Shown: piece after piece, positions 1-13,080 of the stretch
Numbering within the stretch: position 1 is the first letter of the stretch
Layout: each line of letters starts with the position of its first letter
Source: Chrysemys picta bellii
Lineage: Eukaryota
Assembly (NCBI RefSeq): GCF_011386835.1
Contig: NC_088791.1
Span: 243,412,001 to 243,476,000 of the forward strand
Direction: 5' to 3'
Length of the DNA stretch: 64,000 nt
The notes under the pieces: generated by a model
Databases searched by the model: none
What the model saw: only the letters and a program-made list of their open reading frames with translations
Told to the model about the DNA's origin: nothing
Position numbers and translations under genes: made by a program

Positions 1-564
1 TGGTGGCATTTTTAGTTTATTTTATTTTTTAAATAAGGACATGAATTTTTTTAGAAACAGAAACTTTCCATGCCTCACAGATGTGATGCTTTTCTCAGTC
101 CAGTATTTTTCCAGTATTTCAAGGAATCCCCTCTATGTACATTAGGACAGATTGTGTCCAAAATAACCCAAGGAGCGGTGGGGGGACAGCCCTGCCAAGT
201 TCTCCTCAGACATTTTTGTTTCCCAATTCTGATGGGTTTTGCCCCCTGAGGAAGAAGCAGAGGATCTAGTCCCCAATCCTTGCAGATCTCTGAAGATCCT
301 TATGGCTGTCAGGTGGCCCACTGGAGGCACAGAGCTATCACCACAGAGGTCCCAGGGGGATTCCATGGTGCAGAGGGAGGTTACAGTTGGGCACTGTACT
401 AACTTCATGTAGTCTACTCAGAGCTTGAGGGGTATGATATACATATATCCTCTCCACTTGCAGATCCCAAACTCCACTATGGTAGTGGGACAGTGTTGTG
501 AAGGCAGCTGATCTCCCCTGGCATGCAGAAGAGAGATGATCTATCCTTGGAGAATCCACTCCAT

Positions 565-741
565 CAGGGCCGGCGCAACCCATTAGGCGACCTAGGCAGT
601 CGCCTAGGGCGCTACAGTTTGGGGGGCGGCGACCACGGCAGTATTTCGGTGGCAGGATCTTCCGCTGCCTCTGTGGGGGGCGGCATTTCGGGGCAGGACC
701 TTCCGCCGCCTAGGGCGGCAGAAAAGCTGGCGGCACTCCTG
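565..741. mobile_element. Short non-autonomous hAT MITE (CAGGGCCGG-type ends)
   Basis: Starts CAGGGCCGGCGC and ends GGCGGCACTCCTG (imperfect TIR). Exact 8-bp TSD CACTCCAT at 557-564 and 742-749. Confidence 0.85.
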
Positions 742-750
742 CACTCCATG

Positions 751-1462
751 CATAGGCGCCAGCTTCCTCTGGGCCTGCGGAGGGTGCTCCACCCCAGGTC
801 CTGCCCCCACCCACTCCCTTCCCCCACGTCCCCACCCCACCTCTTCCTGCCTCTGCTCTGCCCCAGGACCAACCTCCACCCCACCCCTTCTCCCAAGTCC
901 GCACCCTGCCTCTTCCCACCATGCCTCTTCTCTGCTTCTTCCTGCCCAGTTCCACCCCCTCCCTGAGCATGCCCCGTTCTCACTCCTCCCAGAGCCTCCT
1001 GCACGCCTCAAAGCAATTGATTGCGGTGGGTGGTAAGCGCTGGGAGCATAGGTGCCAACTTTCCCTGGTGCTGGTGGGTGCTCGTGCCCCCCTTCCCCTG
1101 CCTGCCCCCATTCCAACCCCTTCCCAAAAGTTCCTGCCCCAACTCCACCCCCTACCTGCCCCTATTGGATCCCTTCCCCAAATCCCCGCCCTGGCCCCAC
1201 CCCTTCCCCGAGCGCATGGAGAAGAGGCGGAGGTGAGCTGGGGTGAGGGGCCGGGGCATGAAGCTGCCAGTGGGTGCAGAGCACCCACCAATTTTTCTCT
1301 GTGAAGTCGGCGCCTATGGCTGGGAGGGGGAGAAGTTGATCGGTGGGGCCGCCAGCGGGAGGCACTGGGGGGAGGAGCTGGCTGACAGTGGGTGCTAAGC
1401 ACCCACTAACTGTTTTCCGTAGGTGCTGCAGGGTTGGAGCACCCATGGAGACAGTGCCTATG
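751..1462. mobile_element. Non-autonomous hAT element (CATAGG-type ends), C-rich interior
   Basis: Ends CATAGGCGCC...GTGCCTATG. Exact 8-bp TSD ACTCCATG at 743-750 and 1463-1470. Confidence 0.85.
1047..1318. mobile_element. Nested CATAGG-type hAT MITE inside the 751-1462 element
   Basis: Ends CATAGGTGCC...GGCGCCTATG. Exact 8-bp TSD GCTGGGAG at 1039-1046 and 1319-1326. Confidence 0.85.
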
Positions 1463-1589
1463 ACTCCATGCACATAAATCAGGAGGCACAATCTAGTCCT
1501 TTGTAGCTTGTAGCTGTTCTTCAGGCCAATATTCACTTATGTTCCTGTTATAAACAAGATTAACTTTTTACTTGTTTATAATAATTTGC

Positions 1590-2385
1590 TGGAAAGATGA
1601 AGTAAATAGGCTGAAATTCAATAAGGACAAATGCAGAGTATGCCACTGAGGACGGAACAATCAGTTGCACGCTTACAAATGGGAAATGACTGAATAGAAA
1701 GGAGTACTGCAGAAAGGGATCTGGGGTTTATAATAGATCACAAGCTAAATATGAATCAACAGTGTAACACTGTTGCAAAAAAAGCAAACAGCATTCTGGG
1801 ATGTATTAGCAGGAGTGTTGCAAGCAAGAGATAAGAAGTAATTCTTCCATTCTACTTTGAGCTGATAAGGCCTCAGCTAGAGTATTGTGTACAGTTTTGG
1901 GTGCCACATTTCAGAAAAGATGTGAACAAATTGGAGAAAGTCCAGATGAGAGCAACACAAATGATTAAAGGTCTAGAAGACATGACCTATGAGGAAAGAT
2001 TGAAAAAATTGGATTTGTTTAATCTGAAGAAGAGAAGACTGGGGTGGGAGGGACATAACAGTTTTCAAGTACATAGAAGGTTGTTACAAGGTGGAGGGAG
2101 AAAAATTGTTCCCATTAACTTCTGAGGATGGACAAGAAGCAATGGGCTTAAATTGCAGCAAGGGAGGTTAAGGTTGGACATTAGGAAAAACTTCCTGTCA
2201 ATGTAGTTAAGTACTGGAATAAATTGCCTAGGGAGGTTGTGGAATCTCTGTCATTGGAGGTTTTTACGGGCAGGTTAGACAATCACCTGTCAGGGATGGT
2301 CTCGATAATACTTAGTCCTGCCTTGAGTGTAGGGGACTGGACTAGAAGTCCTCTCGAGTTCCATTGCCGCCCTACAATTCTATGA
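1590..2385 (+). mobile_element. CR1 LINE, 5'-truncated 3' fragment (ORF2 C-terminus + 3' UTR)
   Basis: ORF 1901-2125 ([46 protein letters not shown]) is the typical CR1 ORF2 tail. It ends in the CR1 terminal motif ATTCTATGA. The 5' boundary is approximate. Confidence 0.93.
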
Positions 2386-3614
2386 AGTATCTTATGTTGG
2401 ATATAGGATTTAAGCAGTAGTTAATATATCACTAGGAATAATAATTTCTTAATCTTTAACACAAAACCCTAGTAAAACAGACAATGGTTGGAGAAAATGA
2501 GCTGTCAAAACACAGAATCCTGTAGGTACAAAACTCTGTGCTACACAAAATACTAAACTAACGTCTTTAAAATGAGAAAGTGAAATTTTAAATTCAGTGG
2601 ACAAATACAAATCTTAAATGCATGAATACCAGATACAGAAAGGGAAATGTTCTTATTTTGATTTTTATAAAAAGTTTTCAAATATGCATTTCACAATGAA
2701 TTGCAAAATATTGCACAGTAAAGGGGGAAAAACAGCATCTTGAACATTTACAAATGGAATTAAAGTGCAAAGAGTTTTCTGTTTCAGAAACTAGACTACA
2801 TTTTTGGACAGGTTTAGAATGTACGCATGTGAAGAAAATGGGTTCTACTTTGAAATGAGGGATAAACAGATCTTACAGTTATAGTCCTGAGAATATATAA
2901 AAAAATGGTAAACTAGATGGGTTGCGGTTTTAATCTGTGTGCTCTATGCAACTAACTCATTTAGTTGCTGTTGTTTTTTCAGTTTTAGATGAGGGAACCA
3001 CAGGCCAAACCTTTGTCTTTTTCTGCTCCTCATGTTTGGTTCTTAACTAGTGTTTTATAAGTAAACTAGTTTGCCATCACCTTTTTGTGTGTGGGCTTTT
3101 TTTTTAACACCATGTCAAGAAGTCTTGGGACTCTCAGATGCATCTGGATGAAGGTATCTGAGATCTGATCAAACAAAAATTAGTTATTAAGCAGCAGAGC
3201 GGTATTGTGGACAAATAATCTCCTGCTCACTTTACTTATCCAGGTAGCCTCACTAAAGGCAAGAAGACTATTTGTGAATAAGGCAAGCAAAACTGGCTTG
3301 GAAATGCTTTGTTTAATAACATTAAGACTAATGTTGTGTCTCTCTTTCTTACCATATACATGGGCAAGCAAAGAGATAATTTACTGTTTTTTTATTATTA
3401 TTACAATTTGTTTTAAAACTCATTGATGTGTATATGCTTTCTACTGTTTGAGGAGAAAATATTTTTCTGTCATTTTGATTACCAAGCAACTTGAAAACAA
3501 ATTCTTTAAAATCTGTGATCTCCCATTCTTCTGATGATATAGTTAGGGAGAAAACATACAAGTACATTCCTGTAGCTGCCATACATTCGAAAGATGGGGT
3601 CATGTAGAAATTTA

Positions 3615-4351
3615 GGGCTTGGCTATACTTGCAGATGTAGAGCGCTGGGAGTTAAACCAGCCTTCGGAGACCACAGCAAGGAAAACGCTGCCATGGGTTT
3701 ACACTGTCAGCTGCAAGCGCACTGGTGTGGCCACATTAGCAGCTCTTGCAACACCACAAAGAGCAGTGCATTGTGGTATCTATCCCAGTGTGCAAGGGGC
3801 TGCAACATGCTTTTCAATTGGGGGTGGTGGTGGAGTGTGACAGGGAGTGTGTTGTGTGTATGTGGGGGGAGAGACAGTGTGTTTTGGGGGGCAGAGAGTG
3901 TGTCAGCATGCTGTCTTGTAAGTTCAGGCAGCAGCAGACCCCCCCCTCCTCTCCCCACACACACACACTCACAACAGCAGCATTCCACACTAATGGTTGC
4001 TTTGTCCCAGAGCAGATAAGCATGCTGGCTGTCAGAAATGGAGCTTTGAAAGGGGATATCCCTGCAGCCAAGTTCAAAACAATGAGAAGAGTGGCCACTT
4101 GACTTCAAGGGATTATGGGACATTTCCAGAGGCCAATCACAGCGCAGTAATGCAACACCTTGTCCACACTGATGCCCGGGCGTTTCAGCTGGGGCGCAGC
4201 GAGCTTTATGCTTCTCATGGAGATGGATTACCAGGAGCACTCCAGCTGCAGAGTCCAGGCGCTTTATGTGTCTTGCCAGTGTGGACACCTCAGGAGTTAG
4301 GGTGCCCATGGCTGCTGTAATGCACTCTAACTTGCAAGTGTAGCCAAGCCC
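3615..4351. mobile_element. Non-autonomous PIF/Harbinger element
   Basis: TIRs GGGCTTGGCTATACTTGCA...TGCAAGTGTAGCCAAGCCC, flanked on both sides by TTA (3612-3614, 4352-4354), the TWA target of Harbinger. Confidence 0.85.
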
Positions 4352-4950
4352 TTAGAAGAAGAGGGATGAACAGTTGCCTACTGGAAAGAGTTTTTGTTTA
4401 CTTCAAAAACAGCTTTGCAGCAAATACAGAATTGCCAGATATGTATTTTAATTGCATTTTTATTTATTGTGAAGGTTCCTAACAATACGTGCCTTGCCTT
4501 TTTCATTTTGTATGTTCAACACATCTCTGGATTGCAGTAAGTGATTTAAAAAAGGCATACTGCTCCACTGTAATAGCCTCTGATCTCACTTGCCCTGGGT
4601 ATATCTGGAATAACATTTTTGAAATCAGTCGCGCTACAGCTATGTAACTGATAAGAATTTGACCCCAGCTTGTCTTCAGTAGCATTCCCAATCCTATCAT
4701 TAAGTATGTTCTATGCACAGCCACTTTAGCAAGTGTGTGGCTACTTGTTGGATGCAGTTAAGATTCTTGAGATAAAGAGCTTAGGAGCACTATTTATCTT
4801 CACCGGAGGACTTGTTTGCCTACTTAGTCTGTCATCTGTTCATTGTGATTGTTTATGCATGCATGTGTATTAGAGAATGAGATTGTTGGTGTCATTATTT
4901 AATTTTCTGCTTTGCTAACCAGACTGTTGGACAAAATGATATGATATTTG

Positions 4951-6627
4951 CAGGGCCGGCTCTAGGTTTTTTGCTGCCCCAAGCAAAAAAAAAATGTTGG
5001 CTGCCTCCCCAGCCCTGGACTCTCTCTCCCTCTCTCCCCACCCCCCCCAACTGCACCCTCCTGCCACCCCAGCTCTGGGTCACTGGTAACTTGCTCCCAG
5101 GGCGGGTCATTCAGCAGGAATTTTGGATGTGCACAGAACACAGACAGGACTGGTTCCCATATGGTTACAGAACTGCAGTAAAGTGGAACAATTTTCAGCT
5201 TGTGTGATTGGAGGATATCTGGATGCATATTATAAGACTGTCCTACATAAATGAGGAAAAGTTGAGGTGCCTTTATTATTCTTTTGTTCCACTCTTTGTT
5301 TCTATGGGGAATTTGCCAATGCAATATCACTGTCTTCCTTTTAAACAAATAAAACTAAAACTTAATAATAAAATAATAATAATAAAAAAGTAATGGCTGT
5401 TGAAAATAGCAATTCCAGTCCTAATAACCACTGGGAAGCATTTCTTGCTCAATTTATTCTACTTTTTCCTACAGCAAGTTACAGTGGATCAGTATATTTG
5501 ATTTGGGAGAAATGAAGTAACAGCTGCCCAAATTGAGCTTGAGCACTCCTGAATTTTGCGGGTGTTCAAATCTGGAAGGCAGGTGCTGGATTCCCTTTCT
5601 GAATATTAGCTAAATCTGGAAAAGAAAAGTCAATTTCTGCTTCCATGGCTCAGAAGTGTAAATCCTTCTACGTGCCTGGTACTGTATCTAAAGCTGCCCA
5701 ATTTAGTAGAGCCTTCCCTCCCTTACTTTTCATTTTAAATTCTAGTGGGATCTCCCTTGCTAGGCTTCAGATAGAGAGGTGCACTGTCCATTTAGTCCAC
5801 CCAATTCTTTCTTTGGGGGAGAGCCCAGGGCTGGGGTGGCAGGAGGTGCAGGTGGGGGCCAGAGCTGGGGCAACAGGGGGTGCGGGTGTGTGGGGGAGAG
5901 AAGAGCCCAGGGCTGGGGTGGCAGGAGGTGCGGGGGGGGGAAGAGCCCAGGGCTGGGGCGGCAGGAGGTGCGGGGGGGGGGGGGAAGAGCCCAGGGCTGG
6001 GGCGGCAGGAGGTACGGATGTGGGGGGGGGGAGAAGAGCCCAGGGCTGGGGTGGCAGGAGATGCGGGTGGGGGGGAGAGCCCACGGCTGGGACAACACGG
6101 GGGTGCAAGTGGGGGCCAGAGCTGCGGTGGCAGGGTGTGTGTGTGTGTGGGGGGGGGGAGAAGAGCCCAGGGCTGGGGCGGCAGGGGGTGTGGGCAGGGG
6201 AGAGCCCAGGGCTGGGACAGCAGAGGGGTGCGGGTGGGGGCCAGAGCTGGGGCAGCAGGGGGTGTGAGCGGGGGAGAGTCCAGGGCCGGGGCAACACAGG
6301 AGTGCGGGGGGAGCCCAGGGCTGAGGTGGGGGGCAGCAAAAAACCTAGAGCTGGCTCTGTCCCTACCATTCACAGCAAGCTGCAGCATGAGGTTTCAGTT
6401 CCACACTCCTTCCCCCTCCCTTTCCTGTTAACTGCGGCCAAGGGAATGCTGGGAAATGTAGTTCTTTACCTGCTCCAGGGTTGGCTCTATAGTTAGGGAG
6501 CTAACCAAGGAACTACAGCTCCCACGGCCCCCTGTTGGTTCTCAGCTCCCATGCTGGATTCTTGTGCCCCTGCAAATTTGCCGCCGCAAGCAACTGCTTG
6601 CTTTGCTGGTGCCTAAAGACGGCCCTG
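4951..6627. mobile_element. Composite non-autonomous hAT element (CAGGGCC-type ends) with an internal second right end at 6330-6359
   Basis: Left end CAGGGCCGGCTCTAGG, right end CCTAAAGACGGCCCTG. Exact TSD GATATTTG at 4943-4950 and 6628-6635. Confidence 0.82.
5815..6330 (+). repeat. G-rich minisatellite (~35-45-bp imperfect units, core AGAGCCCAGGGCTGGGG) within the hAT element
   Basis: About ten recurrences of the core separated by G runs. The reverse-complement unit occurs near the left end (~5005-5080). Confidence 0.85.
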
Positions 6628-9124
6628 GATATTTGCCAGCAAACATACACTTTTTTTTTAGAACTTTCTTGATAGAATTCCTCTTGGAAGTTTGCTGGCT
6701 CATTTAACTGCATTTTAAGTGACCACTACATAGTAATTTCTCTCCTTCTAGTGTACAATTTAAATAATATAGAAGAATTAAATTCCTTGGAGGCATAGGC
6801 CAGACAAGGTCTTGAGTACTACCTGAAGATAGATGGGCTTTCCTATTAATGGATCTCATTTGTATGCAGGGAATTGCCAAATTCAAATGGGCACCCATTC
6901 ACTTTAATATTCTTTTTTGTTCTCCTGTCTCTGAGTGACAATATCCTAAAAGAGCAGCATGTAGTAGGTGATTAAAAAGAACAAATATTCCAGACGGCAT
7001 TCTAAATTACCTTCTAAGCAGCAGTGATGATTGCTTGAGGTTCTCTCTGGGGCTGCAAAGATGACTCAATAAACTCTAATTGAAACAAATATGTGAGAAA
7101 GAAAAATACACTTTGTTGATTAACTGTACACAGAGCTATATCGTGAACCTGGTTTCCTTTGGGTTTTTCTTTAAGTATATGCACAGCTGATGTTGACGTA
7201 GCCAAGCAATTTCCTCATTCTATCATGAATTAGAGAACTGGAGAAGCCAGAGAGGGTGTTTGGCAGCAGAGATGGCACATTAAGAATGTTTGCATAAGAA
7301 TGCACATTAAGAATCTAGTATGTTTCATAATCCAGATCACATTTTAAATGGCTATTTTAAGGTAAATTCTTATCAGGGGTATTATGTATAAAGAAATAGT
7401 TGCTAATAGACTTCATTAAACAATTGGCTAGATTTCTTCTTTTTTTCCCTCTTGTCCTAGAGATGAAAGAAAAAGCAAAAGTGTATTAGAAGGCAATATA
7501 TTTCTTTTGTTAGCTTTTGTTTGTTCACTTAGGCCCTTACTAAACCTTGCTCCAGAAGTGGTCCAATTATTTTCAATGGCACTACTTGTGGAGTAAGGTG
7601 CTATTCAGTGTGATTAAAAGTACCAGAGGCTGTGAACAAGGCCTATGTGTCACATTAGTCACACTTGAAGGTTTAAGTGGGACTAAAGTATAGGTCCTCC
7701 ACATACAGGTGAATTTGGCTATGAGATGAGTAGGTCTGTAGTACCATGCTAATCATGTTATATGAAAGTGCAATAAAATGGTATTTGACATAACTCAAAG
7801 CCCTTTTTAATTATATATTACTTGTTTCTCTACCTAGTTAGTGAATACAATACCTTGGTCCAGATTTCACCAAACTTTTACTCAGCATGACAAACGCACT
7901 TATCCATCTGTGAATGCTGGAAATGTTCATGGTCAAAGTAATTTATTCACCAAAATATTATTTTCTTGTACTTACAATACCTCAAACCATTTGTTCACAA
8001 TTTCTTTGAGTGTGGTTTCGTGTTAGGAGCAAGCAGGTGGGGAAAAAAATTAGTCAGTTTAAAAAGAAGTAGTTTCTGTTCTGATATCTTTTTTATGATG
8101 GGAAAAATATATAAATCATATAATAAATTAATGTTATATACACACTAAAAAGGACAGCCACTATTATGCTGTAGGCACCCTAGACATAAGTTAGAAATAC
8201 TCATCTAAAAATAAAACTCCGGTATAACTGAAGTGCAGCATTGCCCTTCATTATAACCCACAGCTAGCAAACTAGGGAAATAAAAAGCTAAAACCACCCT
8301 CCCCATTCTGAAAATTCAACACTCTGAACAAATAACTTATAAAATGTTAAGAAAGTGGTAGATGATGTGGCATGTGTCTCATTCCCTCTGTGTTCAGTAT
8401 ATTTTACTAGGTTGCTCTGTGGGTTAAATAGATGCACTTTTGTTTCAGATTAAGCACATCCAAAAAGCAATGGTCCTTGATAGCAAAACTGGAAAATGAT
8501 TTGCTGTTTGATTAGTGACCAAGTCCATGAAAATATCCCTTTTTGATTTATGGACTGTATTACAGTGTGTGATTTCTTTCCTCCTGTTCTTTGCATGACT
8601 TGATTTGGCAAATAGCACCCACTGCAGATGAACTATGACGTTCCAGTGAATGACACATACAGTAGAATAAATCATAGCCCACAATCATGAACTCAACAAA
8701 AACATCCAGTAGTGTAAATATTCTGTTTTCCATCATACTTTGGTTTTCCTTCCTTTCATTATTTTTCCTGAAAACGCTTTCATTTTGTAATGAGTTATGA
8801 AGTATGGAAAATTGATATAGTAGTTTTATGGTTATAGATGTTCTAGCTCTCAGTCTTGGGAAGCTTCGGGTGTCTTTCAAACTTGACAAAGGCATATCAC
8901 TGTTCATTGGAGACATTTAAATTAAATGGGGCATGTGGCTCTTGAGATTTCAAAAATACAGGCAATTTAAAAAAATCACTTTATTAAACTTAGTCTCACT
9001 TACTAGGGGTGTGCTTGAAAGGGTTGGAATGCCAAGTCAGTCTGGATAAACATCAAGTAGTTCAAATGCTTATGTAATATTCTTGAGTCTGCAAAACTGG
9101 GATGGAAATTGTGGTAACAGGCTT

Positions 9125-9145
9125 GTGTGTGTGTGTGTGTGTGTG
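9125..9145. repeat. (TG)n microsatellite
   Basis: Direct reading: tgtgtgtgtgtgtgtgtgtg. Confidence 0.9.
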
Positions 9146-9844
9146 AGAAAGTGTTTGTAAACTCAACACAGGTTCAGATCTAATTTGGTAATGGTTGAAG
9201 GTTCAAGGAGTCTTTATTTTTTCCTATTTCAGGTGTTCTAATTTAAGCCTTTATTGCACACTCTTTGAACTTAATGGGAGTATTGCCATTGGTTTCAGGA
9301 ATGCAGGAGCATTCCCGTATAGCCATCTCTTCAAGCACATCTTATATGCTAGCTTATATGATTCTTTTGTTTTGCCCTGCTTTCTTTCCCCCACTCAGCC
9401 TTATTTCCCCTTGCTGTCTCCTTCACTGCCTTGCCCTCTGAATTGTCTCAACCCAGTTTTATCCTTTCAACAGTGTGTTCTACCCCCTGCTTCCCACCTA
9501 GCAAGGTTTATCTGCTTCATTTCTTCTTGTTTCTAAAGATTTTTAAAATACACAAATAGCATTCCACTTTGATAATAACAATATAGAAAAAATGATATGC
9601 GGTAATGTGATTCACACATACAGGAATAACAACCTTCTCCTCCGTATCTGAGAGTCTTGTGCACATGTGGCAGGAATTTTTATGCATGGTAATGTTATGA
9701 TAGAAGTGACCAGGTGTGCCTGCTACTCATACTCTTGTTCTTTTTCTTAGTATGCAAGAAATGTTTAGTCTTTGAAGAAAAGCTATTTATCTTAGGTACC
9801 TATATGGCCTGTATAATATCTGAGCACCGAACACAGGAAGGGGT

Positions 9845-12800
9845 GAGAACAGCAGAATAAGGACAATGAACTTCAAAAAGCAGACTTTAGCAAACTCAGA
9901 GTATTGGTAGGTAAGGTCCCATGGAAAGAAAATCTAAGGGAAAAAGGAGTTCAGGAGTGTGGCAGTTTCTCAAGGTGACAATATTAAAGGTGCAACAGCA
10001 AACTGTCTCGATACAAAGGAAAGATAAGAAGAATAGTAAGAGGTCAATCTGGTTCCATCAGGAATTCTTTAATGACTTGAAAATCAAAAAGGAATCCTAC
10101 AAAAAAAAAAGGGAAAACATGAAGAAATTACTAAGGAGAAGTACAAAAGAATAGCACAAACACGTAGGAACAAAATCAGAAAAGCTAAGGCCCAAAATGA
10201 GTTACACCTAGCCAGGGACAAAAAGTGGAATAAGAAGTGATTCTATAAATACATTAGGAGCAAGAGACAGATAAAGGAAAGTGGAAGTCTGCTACTTAGC
10301 AGGGAAGTAAAGCAAATAATGCTTCAGTTTTCACTAAAAAAGTAAATTGTGTCCAAATACTTAATTCAATGAATATTAACAACAAGGCAGAAGATAGGCA
10401 AGCCAAAATATGGAAAAAACAGGTTAAAGAATATTTAGATATGTTAAATGTATTCAAGTCAACAGGGCCTCATGGAATGCATCCTAGAGTTCTTAAGGAA
10501 CTAGCTAAAACAATCTCAGAACCTAATCAGTTGCCTTTGTAATTCATGAAGGAGAGGTGGGGTACCAGAGGACTGGAGAAAGACAAGCATAGCACCTGTC
10601 TTAAAAAAAAAAAAAAAAAAAAAAAGGGCGGGGGGAAGAACCAGGAGAATTATAGACCAGTCAGTCTAACTTTGGTACCTGAAAAAATACTGGAACAAAT
10701 TATTAAATGAGGAATTTGTGCGCATCTAGAGGATAAATGGGTGATAAGTGACAGTCAGTGTGGATTTGTGAAGAACAAATCATGCCAAACCAACCTAATT
10801 TCCTTCTTTGACAGGGTTACTGGCCTAGTGGATGGGGGGGGGGGGGAATCTGAATATGTGATGTATCTTAATTTTAGTAAGGCTTTTGATGTTGTCAGAA
10901 GCAAACTAGGGAAATGTTGTGTAGATTAAATTACTATAAAATGGGAGCATAACTGGTTGAAAGACCGTACTAAAAGAGTAGTTCTCAATGGGTCACTGTC
11001 AAACTGATGGAGTGTATCTAGTGGGGTCCTGCAGAGAGAGGTCTGTCCTGTTTAATATTTTCATTAATGACTCGGATAACAGAGTGGAGAAAGTCTGCTT
11101 ATAAAATAGTCCCGCTCTAGTTGGGACTCGTGTGTATTTGATTTTTTTTTCTTGCTTAAGGAGAAAAAATCAAATACACAACTACAAAATGGAGAAAAAT
11201 TGGATGGACAGTAGTACTGCTGAATCAGATCTGGGGCTTATAGTGGATCACAAGTTCAATATGAACCAACAAAGTGATGCAGTTGCAAAAAAGGATGCAT
11301 TAACAGTAATGTTGTATGTAGGGTTGCCAACTTTCTAATCCCACAAAACCGAACACCCTAGCTCTGCCCCTTCCCCAAGGCCATTCCCCCTGCTCACTAC
11401 ATTCCCCCTCCCTCAGTGGCTCGCTCTCCCCCCACTCTGACTCACTTTCACTGGGCTGAGGCAGGGGGCTGGGAGGGGGTGTGGGCTGTGGGGTGGGGCC
11501 AGAAATGAGGGGTTCAGGGTGTGGGAGAGGGCTCTGGGCTGGGGCATGGGTTTGGGGTGTTGGAGGGGGTGAGGGCTCTGTCTGGGGGTCCAGGCTCTGG
11601 GGTGGGGCCGGGATAAGGGGTTTGGAATGCAGGAGGGGGCTCCAGAGGTGGGGCAGAGGGTTGGAATGCAGGGGGGTGAGGGCTCCATGCTGGAATGCAG
11701 GGGTGGGGCAGAGGTGTTCAGGGTGTGGGAGGGGGCTCTGGGCTGGGGCAGAGGGTTGGACTGCAGGGGGGTGAGGGCTCCATCTGGGGGTGCAGGCTCT
11801 GGGGTGGGGCCAGGGATGAGGGGGTTAGGGTGTAGGAGGGGGCTCTGGGTATGGGGGAGGGCTCAGAGCTGGGGCAGGGATTCGGGCTTTGGGTGTGGGC
11901 TTACCTGCAGCGGCTCCTGGTCAGTGGCGCAGTGGGGCTAAGACAGGCTACCTGCCTGTCCTGTCACGGCAGACCGTGCTGTACCCCGGAAGCGGCCAGT
12001 AGCAGGTTCGCCTCCTAGGCAGAGGCACGGCAGGCGACTCTACGCACGGGGCTACTTTCGCCCGCAGGCGCCATCCCCGCAGCTCCAATGGGAGCTAATG
12101 GGAGTGTGGAGCCAGTGCTCAGGGCGGGACCAGTGCACAGAGCCACAGAGCCCCCACCTAGGAGCCATACCTGCTGGCCGCTTCCGGGGCACAGCGCAGA
12201 GCCAAGACAGGTAGGGACTAGCCTACCTTAGCCCTGCAGCATCGCCAACCGGACTTTTAACAGCCCGGTCGACGGTGCTGACTGGAGCCGCCAGGGTCCC
12301 TTTTCGACCAGTCAAAAACCGGACACCTGGTCACCCTAGTTGTATGTAACACACAGGAAGGAAGTGTCCAAATCTACTTAGCACTGGTGAAGCCTCAGCT
12401 GGAGTACTGTGTCCAATTCTGGGCACCACACTTGAAACGTGAACAAATTGGAGAGACCAGAGGAGAACAATAAAAATGGTAAAAGGTTTAGAAAACCTGC
12501 CCTATGAGGAAAAGTTAAAAAACTGGGCATGTTTAGTCTTAAGAAAAGAACACTGAGGGGGGACCTGATAATACCAAACCTCATATAAGTCTTCCAGTAT
12601 GTTAGGGGCTGTTATAAAGAGGACAGTGATCAATTGTTCTCCAAGTCCACTGAAGGAAGGACAAGAAGTAATGGATTTAATCTACAGCAAGGGAGATTTA
12701 GGTTAGATATGAGGAAAAGCTTTTTAACTGTAAGGATAGCTAAGCTCTGGAATACACTTCCAAGGGAGGTTGTGGAATCCCCCTTCACTGGAGGTTTTAA

Positions 12801-12923
12801 AAAAACAGGCTTGACAAACTCCTGTTAGGGATGGTCTAGGTATACTTGGTCCTGTCTCAGCTTGGGGGGCAGGTCTAGATGACCTCTCGAGGGGCCTTTC
12901 AGCCCTACCTTCTATGATTCTAT
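9845..12923 (+). mobile_element. Degraded CR1 LINE (ORF2 endonuclease end, RT, 3' UTR) interrupted by a hAT insertion
   Basis: CR1 ORF2 motifs: NYRPVSLT (aattatagaccagtcagtctaact), SQCGFVKNKSCQTNLISFFDRVT, YLNFSKAFDVV and GRTRSNGFNLQQGRFRLDMRKSFLT. Terminal TTCTATGATTCTAT. Many frameshifts and deletions. Includes a poly-A expansion at ~10603-10625. Confidence 0.92.
11319..12338. mobile_element. Non-autonomous hAT (Blackjack-like TAGGGTTGCC/TAGGGTGACC ends) inserted in CR1
   Basis: Ends TAGGGTTGCCAAC...GGTCACCCTA. Exact TSD GTTGTATG at 11311-11318 and 12339-12346. G-rich repetitive interior. Confidence 0.9.
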
Positions 12924-12962
12924 ATTTATCTGAACAGTGCCCCTGAGACATAGGCAAGTACT

Positions 12963-13080
12963 GTTATCCCCTTTTTACATATGGAGTAATGAGGAACAGA
13001 GAGATTAACTGGCTTGCCCAAGGTCACATAAGAATTTCATGGCAACATAGGGAGTTGAACCAAAGTCCCTCAAATCCCAG
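12963..13080 (-). mobile_element. MIR/CORE-SINE fragment
   Basis: Resembles the reverse complement of the MIR core (ttatcccc..tttaca...gaggaacagagagattaactggcttgcccaaggtcaca). Confidence 0.7.

Noticed and set aside
523-1536. Overlapping Pro/Gly-rich ORFs of 120-170 aa
   Set aside because: They lie inside GC-rich hAT MITEs with TSDs. Low complexity suppresses stops in all frames and there is no domain signature.
5815-6330. Repeat array superficially like CRISPR
   Set aside because: Eukaryotic context, no unique spacers of constant length, and no cas genes.
5645-6496. 283-aa Gly-rich ORF (longest in window) and antisense Pro-rich ORFs
   Set aside because: They are translations of the G-rich minisatellite, with no splice or protein-family evidence.
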